Assembly: GCA_047286215.1 (NCBI GenBank)
Contig: JBJBBS010000001.1
Span: forward strand, 1,105,170-1,169,169
DNA length: 64,000 nucleotides
Reading direction: 5' to 3'
Source: Synechococcus sp.
GTDB lineage: Bacteria > Cyanobacteriota > Cyanobacteriia > PCC-6307 > Cyanobiaceae
Positions within the stretch are counted from its first letter, which is position 1. Every line of letters starts with the position of its first letter. A program made the translations under genes and the position numbers. Under the pieces are notes generated by a model, which had not been told where the DNA came from, ran no database searches, and saw only the letters and a list, made by a program, of their open reading frames with translations. Positions 9,275-17,391 of this stretch are shown here, one piece after another.

Positions 9275-9472
9275 TTAGCTCTTTGCATCACCGATTGGTG
9301 GCATCCCCTGTTTCATCACCCAGCTGGTGGCTGCTTTTTGTGTTTGCCATGCCTTCATCAGCTGTCTAGCCAACTGGCGCAGCTGATCAGGGTCATGGGT
9401 TGAGTCAAGGGTCCGATTGAACTGTTCGATTTGAAAGCGCTGCTCAACAGTGAGCTGAATGCTGCCGTTCAT
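9275..9472 (-). CDS. nblA: NblA-like phycobilisome degradation adaptor
   Basis: 'LTVEQRFQIEQF...DQLRQLARQLMKAWQTQKAA' helix-loop-helix; GGAG RBS upstream. Confidence 0.6.
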   Translation of the reverse strand: MNGSIQLTVEQRFQIEQFNRTLDSTHDPDQLRQLARQLMKAWQTQKAATSWVMKQGMPPIGDAKS

Positions 9473-9729
9473 GTCGATCTCCAGGGGGGAGTGGCTGCAA
9501 GGTATCGAGATCAATCAAGCGATTTGTTGCAGATCGCACGGTTAACTCGCTTTTTGAGGAACCACTCACTTACGAAATCAAATCATGAGTGATGGGCATG
9601 GAGATTGCAGCAGTGTCCTCTCACTGGATTAATTTGGCTTTTAAAAATTTGAATTCTGAAAAGTTAGGTTCTTGAATTTGTTGTAGGTGTTGATCTGTTT
9701 GAGTCTCTGCAAGCCAATCTGTTCCAGTT

Positions 9730-9954
9730 TTATGCCAAGGCTTGGGTTTCTTGGCTTGATCTACGGCCATGCTCGTGGGCCAGTGAAGACACATAGCGTC
9801 GTCCAGCCCGGTTGGCATCCTCAACGCATCGGTAGTTGCCAACATGGGTATATTCCATGCCATTGCTTGTCGCCGACACCGAGAAAAGGTGTTTGGTGAC
9901 GCGTTGCACGCTCCAACGCATGAAGCAAGCTGGAGCCGATTCTTGATTTGTCAT
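9730..9954 (-). CDS. Small hypothetical protein
   Basis: 'MRWSVQRV...HVGNYRCVEDANRAGRRYV'. Confidence 0.5.
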   Translation of the reverse strand: MTNQESAPACFMRWSVQRVTKHLFSVSATSNGMEYTHVGNYRCVEDANRAGRRYVSSLAHEHGRRSSQETQALA

Positions 9955-10086
9955 CCTCTCCTCATTGTCGAATGTGAGCAATTTATGACAAATGCGAGAT
10001 TGAGGCGCCCAGGCTTCTTGTTTCGCAAATAAGTATTTATTTTTGCTTAAGGAGAACACGTTTTAGGGGTTGGCTTTCTTGCCTCT

Positions 10087-10251
10087 TCAGCGCCATTTCG
10101 GTTGAAGGGTTGTGATGCTCGCGACGGCAGTCTGGGTCATGGCTCTTCCTTTTCCCTTTGCTTCTTCCAGTGCTGTGATCCCGTGACGCGACCAGATGCG
10201 ATCTGGTTTGGCGCTGGCTTGTATGGCAGGCCCTGTGGATTGGGTCGTCAT
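10087..10251 (-). CDS. Small hypothetical protein
   Basis: MTTQSTG...[12 protein letters not shown]...[14 protein letters not shown], 54 aa. Confidence 0.4.
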   Translation of the reverse strand: MTTQSTGPAIQASAKPDRIWSRHGITALEEAKGKGRAMTQTAVASITTLQPKWR

Positions 10252-10308
10252 TCGGCTTTTGTGGGGCATGGGTGCCCATCATTGATGGGTCTCATCGGCA
10301 TGGTTTGG

Positions 10309-10464
10309 ATGCGCCCAAGTGATCGCCCAACCAAGATTTGCCCTGTTTGTGGCAGGCCGTTTCAGTGGCGTAAGAAATGGAAGGACGTCTGGGACGAGGT
10401 TCGTTACTGCTCAGAGCGATGCAGGCGCCATAAAAAAACCTCCGATCGAAGATCGGAGGACTGA
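10309..10464 (+). CDS. DUF2256 family protein
   Basis: '[34 protein letters not shown]'. Confidence 0.9.
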   Translation: MRPSDRPTKICPVCGRPFQWRKKWKDVWDEVRYCSERCRRHKKTSDRRSED

Positions 10465-10710
10465 AAGCCGGTGCCAAAGGCCCCATCACCCGGCCCGTGA
10501 ACGGCAACGGAGCAAAAAAATTGCCCTCCATTCACCACACCATCAATAGGTCTGGTGTGTGGGTTCGCGCAAGCCCCAGATCTAGTGCTTCTCATGCTGT
10601 GCATGCGCGGATGTTGCCACCACTTGGCGCGCATCGAACAGGAGGCATGGGCTGCTTGGCGCTACATCTAGCGTGTGCAAATCTCGAAGTGTCTTTTTCG
10701 GTTTTGTGGG

Positions 10711-10798
10711 AAAAGCCCCGCCGAAGGCGGGGTGTCATGAAGTGGCTGCGCAACGTCTTTCCGAGTTGCGACGTTGCGTTCCCCTTTGATTCCTCACA
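10711..10798 (-). ncRNA. Yfr2-family cyanobacterial sRNA
   Basis: 5' (U)GUGAGGA, central 8-bp stem GCAACGUC/GACGUUGC with 12-nt loop GCAACUCGGAAA, terminator CCCCGCC-UUC-GGCGGGG-CUUUU. Confidence 0.75.
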
Positions 10799-10983
10799 AA
10801 ACAACCATCGCGAGCCAACTGGCACTGTGCCAGTTGCTGTTGGACGCTTGCGCTGCTGGTCAGCCGGGTCTTGCGCTTGGCGTTGGCCGGCCAGTGAAGA
10901 CCTATGAAGGGCAGCTGCTCACCTCTTGTTTCGCTTGGCACAGCAGTCATTCAATGAAGTGTTCTCGGTTTGAGGGGCGGCCA

Positions 10984-11115
10984 ATGATGCTTCCTGTCGC
11001 TGCACTCGTTCTTCCTGTTTTGGATCGGGTGGATGGTTGGGGGGTCTTGGCAATTGTGTTGTTGATGTTGGCCCTTACGGTTGTGGGTCGCCGGATCAAT
11101 CACCCGGTTCTCTAA
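10984..11115 (+). CDS. Small membrane peptide
   Basis: MMLPVAALVLPVLDRVDGWGVLAIVLLMLALTVVGRRINHPVL. Confidence 0.4.
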   Translation: MMLPVAALVLPVLDRVDGWGVLAIVLLMLALTVVGRRINHPVL

Positions 11116-11469
11116 GTCTTGTTTGGGTGGGAATGAGTTTTTTGGGCAAAGGTTGGAGCTCAGTCATTCATTCCTCTTTTTTTGTGTGATTTGCAGTTGC
11201 GTGATTTCAACGATGAGGTGATGGCTTGTGGTGTCTTTGATCTTTCATTCCCATGGTTGAAAGCGTCTGCCTGTTGAGTTTGCAGGTGATTCGTGCTTCG
11301 GTTTTTTCAATGCCCTGGGTCATCGTTGTTGATGGACGGCAGGGGTTTGACTTTTGGCTGTCGCTATCCCTGGGCGTTTCCCGCTGAGGGACGACTGTTT
11401 CTTGATGGGCTCTGCCACTGTCCTCGAAAGCCAGAACACGATTCCTTAGTGTTCACTTCATCGATAACG

Positions 11470-12438
11470 ATGGAGTTCATCGACTTGGCGACGCGTCAAA
11501 TGTCTCTGGCCTCAGCTCTCGCTGGATTGCTGATGCTGTTGATGGCCTGCTCAGGTAAAGGACAGATCTCTTCAGAAGATCGTGCCGCCTCAGCCAGTGA
11601 CGCACGCCCCAAGGTGCTAACCACCTTCACCATCCTGGCCGACATGGCCCGCAATGTCGCTGGTGATCGTCTGCGGGTTGAGTCCATCACGAAGCCCGGT
11701 GCTGAAATTCATGGCTATGAATTCACGCCGAGTGACATCGAGCGAGCATCCGGAGCCGATCTGATCATCGAAAACGGATTGGGTTTGGAGCTCTGGGCCA
11801 GACGTTTCACTGCCGCCGCGGGCGATGTTCCGACGGTGACGTTGACCGATGGGATCGAACCACTCCTGATTGCGGAGGATGCATATGCCGGACGGCCCAA
11901 TCCCCATGCGTGGATGTCTCCCAAGGCGGCCCTGCATTACGTCGATCAGCTTGTGGTGACTTTTTCTGCGCTTGACCCTCAGGGCGCAGAGGTTTATCAG
12001 AGCAATGGTGAGGCCTATAAGTCGAGGCTTCGAGATCTTGATGATGAGCTCCGACGGTCCCTGGCGACGTTGCCTGAGAGTCAACGGCTGCTGGTTAGTT
12101 GTGAAGGTGCTTTGAGCTATCTCGCCCGTGATTACGGTCTTCAGGAGGCCTATCTCTGGCCGGTGAATGCCGAAAGCCAGATCACACCACGCCGCATGGC
12201 GAGACTGATTGATCGTGTAAAGCAGGATCAAGTCCCTGCTGTCTTCTGTGAAACGACCGTGAGCGATCAGCCTCAGCGTGAAGTGGCCCGAGCCGCGGGA
12301 ACTCGCTTCGGAGGCAGTTTCTTTGTGGACTCTTTGTCAGATGACAACGGTCCCGCCCCCACCCTGCTCGATCTCCATCGCCACAATGTGAAACTCATTC
12401 GAGCTGGGCTGGGCTCACCCGCCGATCCAACCCCATGA
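11470..12438 (+). CDS. mntC: Mn/Zn ABC transporter substrate-binding lipoprotein, MntC type
   Basis: Lipobox LMAC; ligands 'EIHGYE', 'NPHAW', 'CEGA', 'DSL' (His/His/Glu/Asp); start trimmed. Confidence 0.85.
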   Translation: MEFIDLATRQMSLASALAGLLMLLMACSGKGQISSEDRAASASDARPKVLTTFTILADMARNVAGDRLRVESITKPGAEIHGYEFTPSDIERASGADLIIENGLGLELWARRFTAAAGDVPTVTLTDGIEPLLIAEDAYAGRPNPHAWMSPKAALHYVDQLVVTFSALDPQGAEVYQSNGEAYKSRLRDLDDELRRSLATLPESQRLLVSCEGALSYLARDYGLQEAYLWPVNAESQITPRRMARLIDRVKQDQVPAVFCETTVSDQPQREVARAAGTRFGGSFFVDSLSDDNGPAPTLLDLHRHNVKLIRAGLGSPADPTP

Positions 12439-13181
12439 CGATCCGGATCGCAGCAGAGCAGCTCTGCGTTGACTACAACGGCACCGTCGCCCTTTACGAC
12501 GCTTCGCTGACTCTCCCGGCAGGGTGCATTTGCGGCTTGGTGGGCATGAACGGTGCTGGTAAATCGACGCTTTTTAAGGCGCTCACAGGATTTGTGCGCC
12601 CATCGAGAGGTCGGATTCGCATTAATGGCGCCAAGGTGGCGAGAGCCCAACGCGAGCAGGCAGTTGCATACGTCCCCCAAAGTGAAGGGATCGATTGCGA
12701 TTTTCCAGTATCTGTCTGGGATGTGGTGATGATGGGTCGCTATGGAGCCATGAATTGCCTGCGAATCCCCAGGGAGTCGGATCGCATGGCCGTTCGCGCT
12801 GCTCTCGAACGCGTTGATCTTCTTGATTTACGCGACCGACCTCTGGCGGCACTCTCCGGTGGGCAGCGCAAGCGCACTTTTCTTGCGCGAGCCATTGCAC
12901 AACGCGCTTCAGTGCTTTTGCTCGATGAGCCATTCAACGGCGTGGACGTCCGCACCGAAAAACTGATGGCAGAGCTCTTCCTCCAGTTCCGCAGTCAGGG
13001 GTGCTCGATGTTGATCTCCACCCATGACCTCAGCCATGTGCGTGATTTCTGCGACCTCGTTGTTTTGATCAACAAAACCGTGTTGGCCTATGGAGAGACC
13101 TCCGAGGTGTTCACCCCTGAAAACCTGTCGCTTGCCTTCGGTGGCGTGCCTCCCGATCTTTTGCGTGGACACCCGCAATAA
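12435..13181 (+). CDS. mntA: Metal ABC transporter ATP-binding protein
   Basis: Walker A GMNGAGKST, LSGGQRKR, LLLDEP; 4-bp overlap with mntC. Confidence 0.9.
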   Translation: MTIRIAAEQLCVDYNGTVALYDASLTLPAGCICGLVGMNGAGKSTLFKALTGFVRPSRGRIRINGAKVARAQREQAVAYVPQSEGIDCDFPVSVWDVVMMGRYGAMNCLRIPRESDRMAVRAALERVDLLDLRDRPLAALSGGQRKRTFLARAIAQRASVLLLDEPFNGVDVRTEKLMAELFLQFRSQGCSMLISTHDLSHVRDFCDLVVLINKTVLAYGETSEVFTPENLSLAFGGVPPDLLRGHPQ

Positions 13182-13272
13182 GCAAAGGGGGATCTGATTT
13201 TCAACAGACGAGCGTGAGTCCGCAGCTTTGAGCAACCTGCTGGGACAATGATTGTGAGCTGGAGCCTCTGTC

Positions 13273-14106
13273 TTGCTGGAGTTGCTGCTAGAACCCCTGC
13301 GCCATGACTTTATGGTTCGTGCGCTGTTGATCAGCGCATTGGTCGGTGGGGTCTGTGGCTTGCTCTCCTGTTACATGACCCTGAAGGGCTGGGCCCTGAT
13401 GGGGGACGCGGTTTCCCATGCTGTGCTCCCCGGGGTGGTGCTGGCTTATGCCCTCGGATTGCCGTTTTCGCTCGGTGCCTTTGTGTTCGGCGTTGGTTCG
13501 GTGGCGACCATCGGTTTTGTGAAGCAGAAATCTCGGATCAAGGAAGACACCGTGATTGGACTGGTTTTCACAGGCTTCTTTGCGCTGGGTTTGGTGTTGG
13601 TCTCGAAGACCCGCAGCAACATTGATCTCACCCATGTTTTGTTTGGAAACGTTCTCGGCATCTCAGCAGCAGACATCAGTCAGACCTGGTGGATCTGTTC
13701 AGTGGTGGTGGCATTGCTGTTGCTTTTCAGGCGAGATCTGCTGCTCTTCTGTTTCGATCCAACCCACGCCCGATCGATCGGTATCAACACCGGCTTTCTT
13801 CACTACCTCCTTCTATCGGTTCTCTCGCTTGCTGCCGTGGCCGGTCTTCAGACCGTTGGCATCATTTTGGTGGTAGCGATGTTGGTGACGCCCGGAGCCA
13901 CGGCGTATTTGCTCACGGATCGCTTTGATCGCATGACCTGGCTTGCTGTCGGCAGCAGTGTCTTGTCGAGTGTCTTCGGTGTTTATGTGAGCTACTGGAC
14001 CGATAGTTCGACGGCCGGTTGCATCGTGCTGGTGCAGACCGGACTGTTTCTACTGGCGTTCCTGTTGGCTCCTCAGCATGGAATTTTGCGCCGATCCTTG
14101 CCCTGA
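13273..14106 (+). CDS. mntB: Metal ABC transporter permease (ABC-3)
   Basis: 'LMGDAVSHAVLPG', 'EDTVIG', 'FCFDP..ARSIG'. Confidence 0.9.
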   Translation: MLELLLEPLRHDFMVRALLISALVGGVCGLLSCYMTLKGWALMGDAVSHAVLPGVVLAYALGLPFSLGAFVFGVGSVATIGFVKQKSRIKEDTVIGLVFTGFFALGLVLVSKTRSNIDLTHVLFGNVLGISAADISQTWWICSVVVALLLLFRRDLLLFCFDPTHARSIGINTGFLHYLLLSVLSLAAVAGLQTVGIILVVAMLVTPGATAYLLTDRFDRMTWLAVGSSVLSSVFGVYVSYWTDSSTAGCIVLVQTGLFLLAFLLAPQHGILRRSLP

Positions 14107-14206
14107 TCGGAGGCATAAACGTGGCGCCAAAAGTGCCAATCAGAGTCTGTGGTCGGTTGTCTTGGCCGTAGCTAAAAACGACTTATTGCTGCCTCACGGA
14201 CTACTG

Positions 14207-14791
14207 ATGACGCCCCGTTCCGTTTTTCTGGGTACTGCTTTGGCGGTCAGCTGTTGGTGTGCTGCTCCCCTTCAGGCTGCTCCTGATGTTCAGGTGTTCA
14301 GCACGCAAGTGACGAAAAGCGAGGTGGATCAGGCCCAAGACGCTTGGTGCAATGCTTTGGTGTCGATCAGTGCAGCCTTTCAGGCCGATGGCTTTGAAGC
14401 TGCAAAAGCCAAAGCTGGTGCTGTCATTGATGCCGCCTATGCCTATCACTACGGGCCTGTTGCATTCAAGCCGACGTTGGCTCTGGGTGAAAGCACCTTC
14501 CGGCCAACACGTGAAGGCGCCCTTGCTTACTTCGTCGGGCCGGATCCCGATATTTCCGCCTTCGGCGAGAACCAGGGATTTGCCACGTACCGACATTGGA
14601 CCCAGTGCGAAGTTGACAATGACGTCGTTCAACTGTTCGGAAACACTGTCAACACCATGGGCTTGGTGACCATTACTGATGCCAATGGAGACTCCAGTGT
14701 TGTCGAGAAGACATGGAGCTACCTCCGTGACCGAGACGGAAGTCTCAGGATCGTCTTGCACCATTCATCGGTGCCCATCGACGCTCGTTGA
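14207..14791 (+). CDS. Exported SnoaL/NTF2-fold protein, candidate iota-class carbonic anhydrase
   Basis: Signal peptide; 'FKPTL', 'RPTREGALAYFVG', 'GFA', C-terminal 'LRIVLHHSSVP'. Confidence 0.7.
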   Translation: MTPRSVFLGTALAVSCWCAAPLQAAPDVQVFSTQVTKSEVDQAQDAWCNALVSISAAFQADGFEAAKAKAGAVIDAAYAYHYGPVAFKPTLALGESTFRPTREGALAYFVGPDPDISAFGENQGFATYRHWTQCEVDNDVVQLFGNTVNTMGLVTITDANGDSSVVEKTWSYLRDRDGSLRIVLHHSSVPIDAR

Positions 14792-14862
14792 TTCCACAGC
14801 GGTCGTCAAAGGCCGCTCCCATGGTGGAGAATGAACCCATCACCCCCTTGTTGATCAGCCTG

Positions 14863-15129
14863 ATGCTCCTGTCCAACCGTGCCATCATCCGGGGCTCCTT
14901 GGCCGTTGCGGCTGCTTTCACCCTTGTGGGAGCACAGTCGGTGAGCGCTCACCACGTCCCCGGCGACGACCACACCGGAACTCTTTTGACTGCGGATCCC
15001 TCTGCAACAGCCCAGGGCATGAAAACCATGTTCCCCACGAAAGCGGAAGCCGAAGCTGCGGCTAGCAACTTCGATTGTGAAGGTGCCCACCAGATGGGAG
15101 ACATGTGGATGCCTTGCTCTGAGCACTGA
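14863..15129 (+). CDS. Exported DUF3721-domain protein
   Basis: Signal peptide ending VSA|HHVPGDDH; C-terminal 'TKAEAEAAASNFDCEGAHQMGDMWMPC'. Confidence 0.75.
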   Translation: MLLSNRAIIRGSLAVAAAFTLVGAQSVSAHHVPGDDHTGTLLTADPSATAQGMKTMFPTKAEAEAAASNFDCEGAHQMGDMWMPCSEH

Positions 15130-15371
15130 TTTCTGAAGCCAACGCTCAATTGCGAGCGATTATCGACCTGCCTCAACCCCTTGATTGCGCAAGGCGTTGA
15201 GGCTTTTTGATGGCAACAAGACCGTGGTTCTTCGCAACGGATGGCTCCCGTCCACCTGGCCCTGATGGCTAATCCAGACACGCCTTCACGGCTATTTATG
15301 CAACGTTGGTGACGATGGCTGGAGACCCTGGAAAGATCAGCCAATAATCGGGTTTAACGACATCGATTGCC

Positions 15372-15713
15372 GTGCGCTGCCTGCTCTCGCTTGCTCTCGC
15401 TTTGCTCATCAGTTTTTGGTCTCCGGTTCAGGTGTTCGCTGCTGATCTCACCCGTGGTGCTCAGCTGTTCAACTTGAACTGCGCTGCCTGCCATGCGGGG
15501 GGCGCCAATGTGCTGAAGAGCGAACGTTCCCTCAGCCAGGATGACCTTCAGGCCTATCTCCCCAACTATCTGAAGGAGCATGAATCAGCGATCGTCGCTC
15601 AGGTGACCTACGGACGCAACGCGATGCCTGCCTTCCTCGATATTTTGAGCGAGAAGGAAATCGAAGACGTTGCTGCCTACGTGGAAGATCAGTCCTTGAA
15701 CGGTTGGAGTTAA
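15372..15713 (+). CDS. petJ: Cytochrome c6 (class I)
   Basis: Signal peptide, CAACH heme motif, 'QVTYGRNAMPAF' axial Met. Confidence 0.85.
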   Translation: MRCLLSLALALLISFWSPVQVFAADLTRGAQLFNLNCAACHAGGANVLKSERSLSQDDLQAYLPNYLKEHESAIVAQVTYGRNAMPAFLDILSEKEIEDVAAYVEDQSLNGWS

Positions 15714-15726
15714 GCCTCGAGGTTGA

Positions 15727-16686
15727 ATGACGCGTCTCGCTACAGGATGGGCCATTTTTCAAGGCCTGCTGATTGAGGCGCTTCCCTTTTTGTTGCTGGG
15801 GGTGACCATTGCCGGGCTGGCTCGTTGGCTCGTCCCCCAGTCCACCTGGGTTCGTCGTCTTCCGCGTCATCCTCTGCTGGCACCGTTAGTTGGGGCTCTC
15901 TTAGGCTTTGCTCTGCCGGCTTGTGAATGCGGCAATGTTCCTGTCGCAAGACGACTTTTGGCCAGCGGGGCCCCGCTTGGAACCGGGTTCGGTTTTTTGT
16001 TTGCCGCGCCTGTTCTCAACCCCATTGTTTTGGCCAGCACCTGGGCTGCCTTCCCCGACAAGACCTGGCTGCTGTGGGCGCGTCCCGCTGGAGCCTTTTT
16101 GATTGCACTGTCATTAAGTGCACTGCTCGGTTTGTTGCCCGAAGCCAAGCTGCTTGAAACAGCATTGCTGGAAGAGCGCCGGATGAGTCAGCCCCTGTCG
16201 AGCGTCGGCCTACTCGAGCGCCGTGGTGGAGTGTTGGGGAGTGCTCCGTCTCCCGCTGGGAAAAGTGACGACAACCCTGGGATTACCCCGCGTCTTCTCA
16301 TCCAGCACAGCACCAAAGAATTTCTCAGCCTCCTCACCTTGTTGGTGTTAGGGAGTGCCTTGGCTGCGGCGGTTCAGACCTGGCTGCCTCGCAGTTGGCT
16401 ATTGGCCCTTGGCAGTGCACCGACGTTGTCGGTGATTGCGTTGATGCTCCTGGCGTTGGTGGTGTCGGTTTGCTCGAGTGTTGATGCTTTTTTAGCGCTT
16501 GGGTTTGCGGCTCAGGTCACGCCCGGTGCTCTGCTGGCTTTCCTGCTGTTGGGCCCTGTCGTGGATCTCAAGCTCGCTGGCTTATTCACGGTGTTGCTTA
16601 CGCCGCGAGCCATCGCGATCACGGCGGTCTCGGCGTCGCTCATGGTGCTGCTGATTGGCCAGTGGGTGAACCTTTTACAGCTGTGA
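15727..16686 (+). CDS. Permease, DUF318/ArsP_1 family
   Basis: 'EALPFLLLG', 'PACECGNVPV', 'CSSVDAF', 'LGPVVDLK'. Confidence 0.85.
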   Translation: MTRLATGWAIFQGLLIEALPFLLLGVTIAGLARWLVPQSTWVRRLPRHPLLAPLVGALLGFALPACECGNVPVARRLLASGAPLGTGFGFLFAAPVLNPIVLASTWAAFPDKTWLLWARPAGAFLIALSLSALLGLLPEAKLLETALLEERRMSQPLSSVGLLERRGGVLGSAPSPAGKSDDNPGITPRLLIQHSTKEFLSLLTLLVLGSALAAAVQTWLPRSWLLALGSAPTLSVIALMLLALVVSVCSSVDAFLALGFAAQVTPGALLAFLLLGPVVDLKLAGLFTVLLTPRAIAITAVSASLMVLLIGQWVNLLQL

Positions 16687-16701
16687 TGCCTGGTTGACCC
16701 G

Positions 16702-17391
16702 ATGACCTTCAGGCTGCGATTCAGGCGATCAGCTCTTCTCCCTCCTCTGGTTGTGGGGCTATGGGGGTGGGTGCTGCTGTGGAGCACCCTTTCGGGGAGA
16801 CTCGATCTTCTATTGAATGCCGCCTTTCATCCCGTCGTTGGCCTTGCGGGTGTGGTGTTGCTTGTGCTGGCATTGCTGCAGTTGCGTTGGGCCGGACACC
16901 ATCGCAACGTCCCCTCACCCAGGGGATGGTTGTTCTCAGGGTTCGTGGCTGTGGTGATTTTGCTGGTTCCTCCAGCCCCGTCCTTCAGCGACCTAGCCGC
17001 CAGCCGTCCCGACAGCTTTCCCGAAGCTCCTCGACTCAGTTTTTTCCTTCCTCCTGAGCAGCGAACGTTGACGGAATGGGTGCGGTTGCTGCGCAGCCAG
17101 CCTGATCCCGAACTGCATGCCGGTGACCCGGTGCGTATCAGTGGTTTTGTGCTGGCGCGTCCAGGAGAACCTCCCCAACTGGCGCGGCTCACCGTGCGTT
17201 GTTGCTTGGCAGATGCCACACCTGCTGGTCTTCTTATCGATTGGCCTTTGGATGCCAATCCAGAGGCCGATCAGTGGCTTGCCATTGAAGGAACGTTGAT
17301 TGTGCAGGAGCGTGATGGCGAACCGGTGAATGTGGTTCAACCCACAAGCATTCGCGCGATTCCGAGACCGGAGAGGCCGCTCGAGCCATGA
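16702..17391 (+). CDS. TIGR03943/DUF1980 family membrane protein
   Basis: Three N-terminal TMs, 'LARLTVRCCLADA', 'QWLAIEG'. Confidence 0.85.
   Translation: MTFRLRFRRSALLPPLVVGLWGWVLLWSTLSGRLDLLLNAAFHPVVGLAGVVLLVLALLQLRWAGHHRNVPSPRGWLFSGFVAVVILLVPPAPSFSDLAASRPDSFPEAPRLSFFLPPEQRTLTEWVRLLRSQPDPELHAGDPVRISGFVLARPGEPPQLARLTVRCCLADATPAGLLIDWPLDANPEADQWLAIEGTLIVQERDGEPVNVVQPTSIRAIPRPERPLEP

Noticed and set aside
10497-10950. Several overlapping 70-136-aa ORFs
   Set aside because: Better explained by the Yfr2-like RNA and its terminator; no family motifs.
11115-11470. Possible yybP-ykoY Mn riboswitch or the 59-codon N-terminal extension of mntC
   Set aside because: No riboswitch consensus seen. 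The extension precedes the lipoprotein signal and lacks protein-like features.
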